64,000 nt of DNA from Mobula hypostoma (lineage: Eukaryota). A program made the position numbers and the translations under genes. The stretch lies in NCBI RefSeq assembly GCF_963921235.1, contig NC_086097.1:43898001-43962000 (forward strand), given 5' to 3'. Below are positions 49,630 through 62,027 of the stretch, piece after piece. The notes under the pieces were generated by a model. It did not search any database. It was not told the DNA's origin and worked only from the letters and a program-made list of their open reading frames with translations. The stretch's first letter is position 1; the number at the start of each line of letters is the position of its first letter.

Positions 49630-50050
49630 AGAAGCGAGAGACTGCAGGTGCTGGGAACTTGCGCAAAAACAAAAAACAAACTGTTGGAGAAACTTAGCAG
49701 GTTAAGCGGCATCTGTGAGGGGAGAGGAATTGTTGGTGCTTCAGGTCAAGATCCTGCATCACAACTGAGAACGGAGGGGAAAGATTACCAGCAGGAAGCG
49801 GGGGGGGGGGACGAGTCTGGGACTGGTAAGTGATGTGAGTGTGTGAAGGATGATGAGCAGAAGGGGCCAGAAGGGGAAAAGGTGAAGCTAGGAGGTAAAT
49901 GACAGCTCTATAAGCAGATAGGGAGAGAGAAGGTGATAATGGGAGCTATCAGTAAAGAGATAAAGGATAGATGGAACCAGATGGGAGAAGAGATCTGGTG
50001 GGTGAAGTGTGTGGGCAGAAGTTGGATGGAATCACAAAGGGGAAGGGAAC
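49630..50050 (-). mobile_element. Old PLE pseudo-LTR fragment
   Basis: gagactgcaggtgctgg..cagcagg-like terminal motif and a purine-rich body. Confidence 0.6.
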
Positions 50051-50194
50051 AGTACTTTTACTTGAGTTAACTAATGTTTGTCCAGGAATATGAAACCTCT
50101 TAAGATCATACCATGTGTAAATATATTTACTTAACCAGGATTATAAAACCATGTTTAGAATGTTAGAATTTGTCTACCACTGAAACGTGTCTAT

Positions 50195-51330
50195 GGTGGA
50201 TGCCAACTCCTTGGCTCTACGTTCATCACTGGAATATCTGGACAGTAAAGACACCAATGTCAAACTATTGTTTATTGACTACAGTTCTGCTTTCAATATT
50301 ATTCCAAGCAAATTCATTACCAGTCTCCGGAACCTGGGGATTAATACTTCCCTCCGCAACTGGATCTTAGAATTCCTGACCAGTAGACTGCAGTCAATAA
50401 GGATAGGCAGCAATACCTCTGCCATGATTATTCCAAACATAGGTGCTCCACAAGGTTGGGTCCTCAGCTCCCTACTCTGCTGCCTGTACATTCATGGCAG
50501 TGTGGCCAAATTCCTTCTGGAAGTTTCTAGATGATAGCACTGTAGCCGAAGTCAGAGTACAGGAATGATATAGAGAGCCTAGTGACAATGGTGCCATGGC
50601 AACAACCTTACCCTCAATGTCAACAAAACAAAAGAGTTGGTCATTGACTCCAGAAGGGGAGGCGGTGCACATGTTCCTGCGAACTTCAATGGTATTGAGG
50701 CTGAGAGGGTTGAGAGCTTCAAGATGAACACCATCTGATCCAACCAGGTCAATGTCACAGCCTAGATAGCTCGGCAATGCACCTGCTTCCTCAGGAGGCT
50801 GAAGAAACTTTTATCAAAGCCTTCTGTCTGGATGCATAACAGCTTGGCACGGCAACAGCCCTGCATGTGACTGCAAAAAACTAGAAGGAGTTGTGGACGC
50901 AGCTCAGCACATCTCAGGAACCAGCCTCCACTCTATGGACTCTGTCTACACTTCTTGCTGCTTCATAATCATAGTAACCAGCATAATCAAAGACACAGCC
51001 ACCCAGGGCATTCCCTTTTCTCCCCTCTCCCATTAGGCAGAAAATTCAAAAGTCTGATACCACCAGTCTCAAGGACAGCTTCTGTTATCAGACTCTTGAA
51101 CGGAATTCTTGTATGAGAAGATAGACCCTTTATCTCACTATCATCTTGCACCTTAATGCTTCCCTGTACTGCATTCTCTCTACAGCTGTTACACTTTATT
51201 TCACGTTGTTATTGTTTTATCTTGTTCTACCTCAATGCACTGAATGTCATGAATTTAACCATACGAGCAGTATATAAGTATTTCACTATAACTTGCTTGG
51301 TACATGTGACAAAAAGAAAACAATACCAAC
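50195..51330 (+). mobile_element. Degenerate Rex1 (RT to 3' end)
   Basis: ORF 50187-50534 reads [22 protein letters not shown]. Confidence 0.9.
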
Positions 51331-51424
51331 ATTGTTGGTAGTTTTACAGATCAAGGGTGAGGGTTGCATTGAAGTCCATAATTTTCATTTTTAGAAGTGT
51401 TTCTTGTATATCAATTACACAGTG

Positions 51425-51715
51425 CCTTCTCAAGCAGTCTCTTGGGAGGCAAGATGACATTGGCTTTGTTGGTTCTGTGAGGTGGTGTACCCTTTCACCA
51501 TTGACACTGGGCTTTTATGTGCTCCAATGCATGGATTTACATTTTCAACAATACTCCTTCTACTTTCAGTGATGATTCTTAAGATTCAGAGATGACATTG
51601 CATGTTTTTCAGAAATTTTTTTGAGCATGTCCTTGAATCTTTCCTCTGTCCATATGGGCATATCTTCCTTGACAGAGTTTGGAATTCAGTTTCTGCTTTG
51701 GGAATCTGGTTTGGG
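51425..51715 (-). mobile_element. Degenerate RTE-clade 3' fragment
   Basis: TRFPKQKLNSKLCQGR, then a KRFKDMLK-like segment. Confidence 0.55.
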
Positions 51716-51859
51716 AGAAGATATTGATGTTGGTTTTGTGCTCTTCCTGTGAACTGAGATAATTTTGTATTAGTATCTTTCCAATGCCAACTAAAGCCAG
51801 TAATATAAAACTGTCAAAGAAGCAGATGATATAAAGATGGATAACTGTGTTGGTCTGAG

Positions 51860-52675
51860 AAGGGCATAGAGTGTTTTCAGGGAGATAAAATAGGTAAAAT
51901 GAAGAGATAAGGACATGCAGATGGAATATAATATGGGAAAAATATTCTATCATCCACTTTGGTAGAAAAAAATGAAAAGTGGGGTATTTCTTAAAAGATT
52001 TAAGTTTGATAGGTATCGGTGTTCATTGGGATTGGGTGTCTATGCCATGGACCACTGAAAGCTAACGTGTAGAAGCAGTAAGCAAATAAGCAGGCAAATA
52101 ATATATGGGTTTTTATTGTGAGAGGATTTAAATATAAGAAAAGAGATGTCTCACTTCAATTATATTGAGCTTTGTGAGACTATTATGTACTGGCATGGTC
52201 TCTCTGGGAAGGGATTTACTTGCTAAAGAGAGGGCCTAGCAAAGATTCAACACATGAATTCCTGAGATAACTGGTTGGCTGTATCAGGAAACATCAAGCG
52301 GACTAGTCCTAAACCCTACAATTTAGAGGAATGAGTTGATGTCATTGAAATATTAAAAATGTTGCAGGATTTTGCAGGGTAAAAGGAAGGCTAATGCCTT
52401 CCCTGGCAGAGGCATCTAGAGCCAGGGGATGGGCATCAGCTATTAAAGATTTTTTCACCTATAAGGTAGTGAAATATTTACTCTCTCTATTTAAAGAGGT
52501 TCAGGTGCTAGGAATATTCAAGACATAGGATAATAGTTCTTTAGATATTAGGAAAACCAAGGGAGGTGGGATTATTGGAGAGAACTACCACTGCGAGAGA
52601 AAGACAACTGTGATCTTACTGAATGGCGGAGTGGCTATAATGGGATGAGTAGCACTCACCTATTTCTAATTCTTT
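51860..52675 (+). mobile_element. Old degenerate CR1 3' part
   Basis: QMEYNMGK..IIHFGRK remnants and a CR1 3' UTR. Confidence 0.7.
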
Positions 52676-52869
52676 CATGGAATATAATACTCTAGGCATA
52701 GAAATGAGAAGCATGATGAAGAAAATTTAAGGAGAATACAAGAAATGTATATTCTACATCTCAATCTGAAATGTCAACTGTCCATTCTTTTCTGTAGATG
52801 CTGCCTGACCCACTGAGTTCTTCCAGCAATGTCATTTTGCACAGAAATTTAGCATCTCCTTGTTGATCC

Positions 52870-53380
52870 TGTCTGATTTTAATTGATGCACCATTTGAAA
52901 AGGTTCTATTTAATGCATCATGGCTTCCTATCGCATCTATCAGTGCCTGCAAGAAATCGTAGAGAGTTGTGGACATAGCTTAGCACATCATAGAAACCAG
53001 CCTCCCTTTCATGTATTCTATCTATAATCTTGCTGCCTCAATAAAGCAGTCAGCATAACAACCACCCATCCTGGGCATTCTCTTCTCCCACTTCCGTAAA
53101 TCAAAGATACCGCTGAGCTCAAGTACAGCTTCTACCCTGCTGTAATAAGATTATTGAATGGTTCCCCAGTAATTTACCTCGTTATGACCTTGCACTTTAG
53201 AGTCTACCTGTACTGCACTTTCTCTGTAGCGATTAAACTTATTTTGCTTTCTGTTATTGTTTTATCTTAAGCTATCTCAATGTACTATGTAATGAATTAA
53301 TCTGTCTGAGCAGTATACAAGATAAGCTTTTCACTCTATCTTGGTACATATGACTATAATAAACCAATTCCAATTCCAAC
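52870..53380 (+). mobile_element. Rex1 3' fragment, preceded by a short PLE end (about 52765-52865)
   Basis: RVVDIA..HIIETSLP and tail ataaaccaattccaattcca. Confidence 0.75.
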
Positions 53381-55945
53381 CTTCTGACTCAGAATATGAA
53401 CCAAACTGAAATTTGAAGAAACATAAGATTATATCCTTAGAAACTCGGTCACTCTATAAGTGGCTGGAACTGCAATCATTTGCATGGTTGCAAAGGCCAT
53501 TTTATTTTTTTTATAGTGTTTTGGGTGCAGCTTGCCTGTTTAAGAAGATGAGAAATGTTGACATCTGTGACAGAACGTCTTAAAGAAGAAGCAAGTGGTG
53601 GTAGCAGACAGACATATGGTCTGATAGATTCAAATTAATTTGCTGGATATCAAGATAGCATCCGCATACCCTAATTTAGAATTAGGAAGGATAGTCTATG
53701 CCAGCAGAAATGATAAATTCCTCCATGCAGCATCTCCACTGGCAATGGGAAGCGGATGCTGTTGAAATTAATGCGAGAAGCCTAGCTCTCAGGTCGCGGC
53801 TAAATCAAAATCTACTTAATGACAAAATGAGTTTAATGACCTCAATAGAGTTGTCGCAGTAAGAAGCTTATTGCTCACCTCAGATATTACTTCCCTACCA
53901 CTCACACCACCTAAAACTATGTTATTCACAACCCCCAACCTAATTTCCCTTTGTACTCACTTCCTCATCATCCTGACCTCTGCATTATATTTCCTTTTTA
54001 CCCTGTCAACTAGCAAGTAATTTCCTATTCTTGACATGATGATGGCCCTTACTTTTCCACATTTCACGTCTTGCACCAAACATGATGTGCAAAGCAATGC
54101 TCATAGACCGAGGATGATAATTTCCACTGGTAAATTAATGATTGCCTCCATTACAAATTATGCAATGGATCACAACCTTGAATAATGGAGTTCTGCATTT
54201 CATGGTTAAATGGAGCCTATCGTATTTTGATGCATTACACTTAAGGAAAAAATTTGTGGGCAGAAATTTCAGCCTCTCGGTAATTTTACCACCCACTTTG
54301 TGTCTTTTAGAGAACTCCATTTCTGACACCAAAGAGGCTAAGTTCCTCCAGCATTTTGAGCGTGTTGCCTGGATTTCCAGCATCTGCAGATTTTCTCTTC
54401 TTTATAACTGTTAGTCTTAAACATCCACAGATCACAGAGACTGATGTTTAGTAACTAGTTACCAAATGCAGACTACGTTGTCAAAACTGTAATTATTAGT
54501 CTATGATTTACTGGCTAATGAATTGATCACTGAGTAAAGATTAAAATGATAATAGATTGATGAAATTGGAAATTAAAACAGATTTGTTTACAGGGGGCAC
54601 TTTGTCACAAGTGGATACTAAGCAAGAAACTATAATAGAGTCATAGTCATAGAACACTAAAGCACAGAAAAAATGCCCTTCGGCCCATCTAGTCCATTCC
54701 AACATATTAAGTTGCTAGTCCCATTGACTTGCATCCGGAATATAGCCCTCCATACCATTCCCATCCAGGTACTAATTGAATTTTCCCTAAAATGCTGAAA
54801 TCAAACTTTCAACCACCATTTCTGCTGGCAGCTCATTCCACACTCTCACCATCCTCTGAGTGAAGAAATTTTCTCTCAAATTCCTTTTGAACATTTCACC
54901 TTTTATCTTTAACCTATGACCACTATTTCTAGCCTTACTCAGCTTCAGTGGAAGAACTCTGCTTGCATTTTCCCTATCTATACCCCCTCATAATTTTGTA
55001 TGCCTCTTTTAAATCTCCAATTATTCTCCTAGGCCATGGAGAATAAAGGTCTAACCTACTGAACTTGCCAAACAGCTCAGATCCTCAAGACCTGGCAACA
55101 TCCTTGTAAATTTTCTCCGCACTCTTTCAATCTAATTAACATCTTTTGTGTAGATAAGTGATCAAAACTGCACAGAATACTTCAAATTAGACCTCACCAA
55201 TGTTTTATACAACTTCAACATAACATTCCATTCCCTGCACTCAGTACTTTGATTTATGAAGGCCAATGTGCCAAAAACTTGCTTTATGGTCCTATATCCC
55301 TTTGATGCTACTTTCAAGGAATTTAGATTTGTATTCTCAGATCCTTTCATTCTACTGTTCCCCTCAGTGTCCGACTGGTCAAGGTGTAAGTCCTAAGCTG
55401 GTTTGCCCTCCCAAAGTGCAATACCTCACACTTATCTGCATTAAATTCCATCTGCAATTTTTCACCCTATTTTCTCAGCTGGTCCAGATCTCGCTGCAAG
55501 CTTTGATAGGCTTCCTTGCTGTCCACTACACATCCAATTTTGGTGTCATCCACAAATTTGCTAATCCAATTTGCTACACGATCATTCACATCATTGTTAT
55601 AGATGATAAACAGCAATGGATCCAGCACAGATTTCTGCAGAACACCATGAATCACAGGCCTCCAGTAAGAGAAGTAACCACTCACTGCCATTCTCTGACT
55701 TCTTCCTGAAGCCAATGTTTAATCCAATTTACTACCTCATCCTGAATGCTAAGCATACTTGTCCAACCTCCCATGAGGACTTTGTCAAAGCCCTTGCTAA
55801 AGTCCATGTAGACAACATCCACTGCTTAGACTTCATCAAAGTTATTGATAGCTTCCTCAAATATCTCTATAAGATTGTTTAGACATGACCTACCACAAGC
55901 AAAACCATTTTGACTATCCCTAATCAGTCCCTGTCTATCCAAATA

Positions 55946-56905
55946 GACAGAATAAAGTAGATGAACTTGTAGCACAGTTACAGATTGGCATGCATGATGT
56001 TGTAGGCATCACTGAATCATGGCTGAAAGAAGATTATAGCAGGGAGCTTAATGTCCAAGGATACACGTTGTATTGAGAGGACAGGAAGAAGATTATAGCA
56101 GGGAACTTCATGTCCAAGGATACACATTGTATTGAAAGGACAGGAAGAAGATTATAGCAGGGAGCTTAATGTCCAAGGATACACATTGTATTGAGAGGAC
56201 AGGAAGAAGATTATAGCAGGGAACTTCATGTCCAAGGATACACATTGTATTGAGAGGACAGGAAGAAGGCAAAGGGTGGCATTGCTCTGTTGGTAAAAAG
56301 TGAAATTAAATCATTAGAAAGAGGTGACATACGGTTGGAAGGTGTTGAATAATTGTGGATAGAGCTAAGGAACTGCAGGGGTAAATAAATCCTGATGGGA
56401 GTTGCATACAGACACCAGAATAGTAGTAAGGATGTGGTTTACAAATTACAACGGGAGATAGAAAATGTATGCCTAAAAGGTAATATTACAATAGTCATGG
56501 GGGATTTCAAAATGCAGGTAGATTGGGAATATCAGGTTGGTGATGGATTCCTAGAGGTGGAATTTCTAGATTGCCTACGATATGTCTTTTTAGAGCAGCT
56601 CATGGTTGAGCCCACTAGGGGATCAGCTATATTGGAATGGGTGTTGTGTATTGAACCAGAATTGATTAGAGAGCTCCAGGTAAAAGAATCCTTTGGGGTA
56701 GGTGATCATGATATGGTCGAATTCACCCTGAAATTTGAGAAGGAAAAGCTGAAGTCAGATATATCAGTATTACAGTGGATGAAGGAATTACAGAGGCTTG
56801 AGAGAGGAGGTAGCCGATATCGGTTGGAAAAGAACACTGACAGTGGTAATGGCAGAGCAGCAATGGCTGGAATTTCTGGAAGCCATTCGGAAGGCACAGC
56901 ATAGA
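55946..56905 (+). mobile_element. CR1 endonuclease fragment in the opposite orientation
   Basis: VGITESWLKEDYSRELNVQGY; ORF 56395-56904 has MGDFKM and GDHDMVEF. Confidence 0.85.
56027..56268 (+). repeat. 59-bp tandem repeat, four copies in ABAB order
   Basis: Units start at 56027, 56086, 56145 and 56204. Confidence 0.97.
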
Positions 56906-57120
56906 AACAGAGAGCTATATATATAGCTCTCCTCATTTCCTTCCTAAGTGTTCTCTTGCATTTCTTATACTCCTCAAGTACTTCATTTGTTCCTCCCTGC
57001 CTCTAGCTACTATGTACCTCCTTCTTCTTCCTCACTCGGCCTCAATATCTCTCAAAAACCAAGTTTCCTTAAACCTTTTATCCTTGCATTTTATTGTGAC
57101 AGGAACATACAAACTCAGTA

Positions 57121-57273
57121 CAGCTGACCTTCACTAATCCGACTACCTGTTATCTGGTTCCTTTGATAATCCGGCACTGATTATGCTTAATGCGATCCTC
57201 CTGTAATTCAGCATTTTCACTAATCCAGCACTCCTCAAGGCCCAATGGTGCTGGATTAGTGAGGGTTGCCCTG
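57121..57273. mobile_element. Tc1/mariner (Tigger/pogo-type) MITE, 153 bp
   Basis: TA flanks (57119-57120 and 57274-57275) and imperfect inverted ends cagctgaccttcactaatcc / ggattagtgagggttgccctg. Confidence 0.8.
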
Positions 57274-57488
57274 TACTCTCAAAATTTCACTTTTGAAAGC
57301 CTCCAATTTACCAAACACTTTCTGTCCAGCACTTTCACAGTATACGAATCCCAGTCAATATGTGGAAAGTTAAAATCACCCACTATACCAACCTATGTTT
57401 CTTGAGGCAGTCTGCAATCTCTTTACAAATTTTATCCTTTAAATCCTGCTGGCTATTGGGTGGTCTATAATATAATCCCATTAACATG

Positions 57489-57769
57489 TTTTTTCCCCCC
57501 CTCCCCCTTTTCTTTCTTCCTAGGCCTCCGGTCCCATGATCCTCTCATATCCCTTTTATCAATCAATTGTCCAGCTCTTGGCTCCATCCCTCCCCCTCCT
57601 GTCTTCTCCTATCATTTTGGATCTCCCCCTCCCCCTCCCACTTTCAAGTCTTACTAGCTCTTCTTTCAGTTAGTCCTGACGAAGGGTCTCGGCCCGAAAC
57701 GTCGACTGTACCTTTTCCTAGAGATGCTGCCTGGCCTGCTGCAGTCACCAGCAACTTTGATATGTGTTT
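57489..57769 (+). mobile_element. Solo PLE pseudo-LTR insertion
   Basis: Homologous to about 1980-2245. TSD cattaacatg at 57479-57488 and 57770-57779. Confidence 0.92.
57672..57707 (+). ncRNA. Minimal type I hammerhead ribozyme (intact core)
   Basis: agtc-CTGACGA-agggtctcggccc-GAAA-cg-TC-gact. Confidence 0.85.
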
Positions 57770-58867
57770 CATTAACATGGTCATCCTTTTGTTATTCTTC
57801 AGTTCCACCCATATGGCCTCAGTAGATGAGCTCTCTGATCAGTTGTGTCTGAGCACTGTAGTGGCATTTTCCCTGGCACGTAATGCCACCCCTGTCCTTT
57901 TAATCTGACCCATTCTACCACATCTAATATAATTTAAAGGAAAACTGAATGAGTATTTGGAATGTAAAAAAAATAAAAGGATTTGAAAAACTAGGCAGAA
58001 TAATTGGATTGATAGCTTCAGATGAGGAACATCCAACAGTGTAGGCTCAGTGCCAAAGACATCCATCTGTGTACTGTTTTAATGAATTGTGGCCAACCGA
58101 TTTACTGTTTCTCAAGCTCTGAGATCCTAAATGCCACCTCTACAATTATGCCTAATTCCAAAATGGATTTTAATTACTGTTTTGCAATATGACTTGTTTT
58201 TCTGCACACTTGTGTGGCCCAGGTTTTGATAGGGTGAGGCATTTTTATTAAAAATTGTTCAGTTGTAGGAAAGTGGTAACACTGTAACTGAGCCAATCAG
58301 ATAAAGAAAATCTCTGCTGAATTAATGGATTTTAACTGGCCCTGAAATCTTCACTTCTATTTAACCGCTGTTTTCTGTGTCCTGGTGGTTTTGTCCTTAA
58401 CAACCTCTGGTTGTTCCTTTTCAAACATTAATTGGATCAATCTTAAGACTTCCATTTTCATTTCAAGCTTTATCAAATTTTAGGAAATCTTTAAAATTCA
58501 CCCCTTATTCCCTTCATTCGAGGTCGTTTCTTGAACCCAGCTCTTTGTATTTCACCACTAATGTGCACTCTGGTGTTCATTTGGTATCTACTGTTTAAAA
58601 TGGAAACAGAAATGATGGAAACACTAGCAGGTCAAACCAGTTTCCTCCCACATCGGAAAGCTGTGTGGGGTTACTTGATAAAAGTGTGAAGGTAGGCTAT
58701 TGAATTGGAGGGTGGGGGAGGGTAATAGTTAATGGATATGTGGGAAGAATAACAAAATTACTGCAACTGGGTGTTTGATGGCCAAGCATGCACTCAGAGG
58801 GCTGAATGTCACGTTTCTGTTTTTATTTCAGACTTCCAGCATCTGCATTTGTTTGATTTTCTTCCTT

Positions 58868-59172
58868 CTAAAGATAAAGATAAGTTTTATTTGTCACAAA
58901 ACATATAGTGAAATGTGTCATTTGCTGAAAATCTAATCAACAAGGATTGTGCGGGGCAGCCCGCAAGTGTTGGCATGCTTCCAGCACCAGCGTGGAATGC
59001 CCACTACACACTAGCCCGAACTGTAGATCTTTGGAATCTGTAGGGAAACCAGAAGACCCAAAAGATGGTCATGGGGAGAACATACAAACACACAGGGTGG
59101 TGGGAGATTACCCTGATCAGTGAACGCTGGTGCTATAAAGTGATGTGTTAACTGCTGTGCCGTCGTGCTGCC
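58868..59172 (-). mobile_element. V-SINE with a Rex1-type tail
   Basis: Head ggcagcacgacggcacagc and tail tgtgacaaataaaacttatctttatct; similar to 48225-48548. Confidence 0.7.
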
Positions 59173-59366
59173 TAGTTTTTGTTTCTTTATGTTTATTTGC
59201 TTACAGTCTCCTTCCAGATTCATTAACTTCTTGTTCATTGTCATCTCCCTGCCCAGCAGAATGACCTGAAATATCTCACTACATGGCAAGTGATTTGTCA
59301 TAAATATTGTTGTTTAATTACACAGAGATAAGATTTTCAAAGACTTGCAAGCCAGCAATCTAGATT

Positions 59367-60812
59367 TAAGACTATAAGATCATAATAACATAGACAGGGG
59401 AGCAGAATTAGGCTATTTGACCCATTAAGTCTTCTCCACCCATTCCATCATAGCAGATTTAGTATCCCTCTCAACATTATTCCCCTGCCTTCTCCCCATA
59501 ACCTTCGACACCCTCACTAATCAAGAACCTACCAAGGTCCACTTTAAATATACCCATTAACTTGGCCTCCACATACAATGAATTCCATGGATTCATTGCC
59601 CCTGGCTTAAGAAATCCTCCTCATCTCTGTTCTGAATGGATTCTGAGGCTGTGACCTCTGGTTCTACACTCTTCTACTATCAGAACCATCCTCTCCACTT
59701 TTTGGTAGGTTTTAATGAAATTTCCCCTCATTCTTCTAAACTCCTGTGAGGTCAGATCCTGAACCATCAAGTGCTCCTCACATGTTAACTCCTTCATACC
59801 CAGAATCGCTCTCACGAACCACCTCTAGATCCTCTCCAATGCCAGCATGTTGTTTCTTAGATAAGGGGCCTAAAACTGCTGACAATATGTGAAATGCAGC
59901 CTGCCCAGTAAACCCTCAGCATTACATCCTTCCTTTTATATTCTAGTCCTCTCAGGTGTGGCACCTTGTCAAAGGACTTTTGAAAATCCAAGTAAACAAT
60001 ATCCACTGACTCTCCTTTGTCTATCCTATTTGTTATTCCCTCAAAGAATTCCAAAAGGTTTGTCAGGCATGATTTGCCCTTAAGGAAACCATGCTGACTT
60101 TGGCCTACTTTATCATGTGCCTCCAAGTACCCCAAAACCTCATCCTTCGTAATGGACTCCAACATTTTCCCTAACATTGAAGTCAGGCAACGACGTGCAC
60201 AATGCCCCCTTCTATTGTGAAGACTGATTCTAAATACTTACTAATTTTGTCACTATTTCTTTGCCCGCCCCCCCCCCATTACTACCTCTTCGCCATCATT
60301 TTCCAGTGGTCCGATATCCACTCTCACCCCTCTGTTACGCTTCATATATCTGTAAAAAATTTTGGTATCCTCTTTTATATTTTTGGCCAGCTTACCTTCA
60401 TATTTAATTTTTTCTCTCCTTATGGCTTTTTGCTTGCCTTCTGTTGGTTTTTAAATGTTTCTCAATCCTCTAATTTCCAACTATGTTTCACTATATTATA
60501 TACCCTCTATTTTGCTTTTATGCTGTCTTTGGCTTCCCCTTGCAGCCACGGTTATGTCATCCTCCCTTTAGAATAATTCTTCATCTTTGGGATCTATCTA
60601 TCCTGTCCCTTCTGATTTTCCCAATCTACCTGCATATTGAAATCCCCCATGAATATTATAACATTGCTCTTTTTACACACCCTTTCTATCTCCCATTGTA
60701 ATTTGTATCCCACATCCTGGCTACTGTTCAGAGGCCAGCATATATCTCCCATCAGGGTCTTTTTAACCTCATAGTTTCTTAAGTCTATCCACAAGGTGTC
60801 TACATCTTCTGA
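59367..60812 (-). mobile_element. CR1 with several internal deletions
   Basis: ORFs 59857-60177 (QHGFLKGKSCLTNL..YLDFQKSFD) and 60594-60794 (MGDFNM). Confidence 0.88.
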
Positions 60813-60814
60813 TC

Positions 60815-62027
60815 GAGGAATTTAAAGAGTGTGTCCCTAGTGAGGTACAGACGTACCTAGAAGAGAAAGAGGTTGAGATTCTTTCTGCGGCCGCTAGGTT
60901 AACGGATGAGTTTGTCCTGACTGACAAGATTAAGTTTTTCCTGAGCAAGGGTTATCAGAAGAGTTACCGGGATAATCCGCCGAGTAAAACAGAAAACAAG
61001 GCAGGGGTTAGTGACAGAGGTAAAGAGGAGGGGAAACCGACCAAAGATAAGTTTTCCAGTTTTAACTGTTACTACTGCAGAAAGCCTGGCCATGTGGCAT
61101 CTAACTGTCTTATTCGGAAGAAAGAAATGGGAAAGGAGAAGGGGAAAACCCCCGATGTGTGTGTGCCGGCGGCTGAGACCACACGAAGGAAGGTGGGGTC
61201 TGGCCGAGTTCAGGAAGGGATTGAGTGGTTTATTATCAAGGGTTTTGTGTCCATGAAGGAGGGGTCACCCCTAGTTCCAGTGAGAATCTGGCGCGATACT
61301 GGAGCCTTTCAGTCACTGATATTAAGTGATGTCTTAGAATTTGGTGATGAGACAAAAACGGACTGAGTGAATATTCTGGAAGGTATTGGCAAGGGAACAG
61401 AGGTCGTGCCTTTGCACAAAATAACTCTGAAATGTGATTTAGTGTCTGGACCAGTTGAGATAGGGATATGACCTAAGTTACCGATAGCTAACGTGGACGT
61501 CTTGTTGGGAAATGACCTGGCAGGAAAAGATGTATACCCGGGGTTACAGCTAACAAGCCAGCCTGCTGTTAGTGAGACAAGCACAGACAGTGAACAGTGA
61601 ACTTTATCCCGCATGCGCGGTCACAAGAAGTATGACAAGGAAGTCTGCAGAAGTGAAGCGATCTGGATGGGAGGGGTCAGGTGCCCGCGATAGCAAAGAC
61701 AGGGGTATGGATCCTACTAACTTTTCTACCGTCTGTGTTCGACCAGGACCCAGGTAGTGAGGCGGATAGGAGGGGTTTGTCATTGTCCAGGCGGAAGCTT
61801 GTGGAAGAGCAGGATAGGGATCCTGAGGTTGCAGTTTTAAAAGAGACAGCTCTTTCGGAGGATGAAATTCAGAGGGAGTCAGTGGGTTACTCTCTGAAGG
61901 ATGGGATATTAATGAGGAAGTGGAGGCCACCGACACTACCTGCCGATGAGGGTTGGGCCGTGGTGCACCAGGTGGTGGTTCCGAAGGGTCACCGTACAGA
62001 AATTTTAAAGATGGCTCATACAATGCC
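60815..62027 (+). mobile_element. Gmr1-like Gypsy internal fragment (gag C-terminus, Zn knuckle, protease, start of integrase)
   Basis: EEFKECVPSEVQTYLEEK..TDEFVLT, CYYCRKPGHVASNC, IWRDTGAFQSLIL, LLGNDLAG, CAVTRSM and QVVVPKGHRTEILKMAH. Confidence 0.85.

Larger units (their letters stand above)
54640..57910 (-). mobile_element. Fragmented CR1 (pieces about 54640-55945, 56925-57118, 57276-57488, 57770-57910) with nested inserts
   Basis: ORFs 55162-55350 and 55467-55715. Endonuclease motif GDFNF on the minus strand near 57380. Confidence 0.85.

Noticed and set aside
56027..56268. CRISPR-like array
   Set aside because: Units are contiguous with no unique spacers, derive from CR1 coding sequence, and no cas genes are present.
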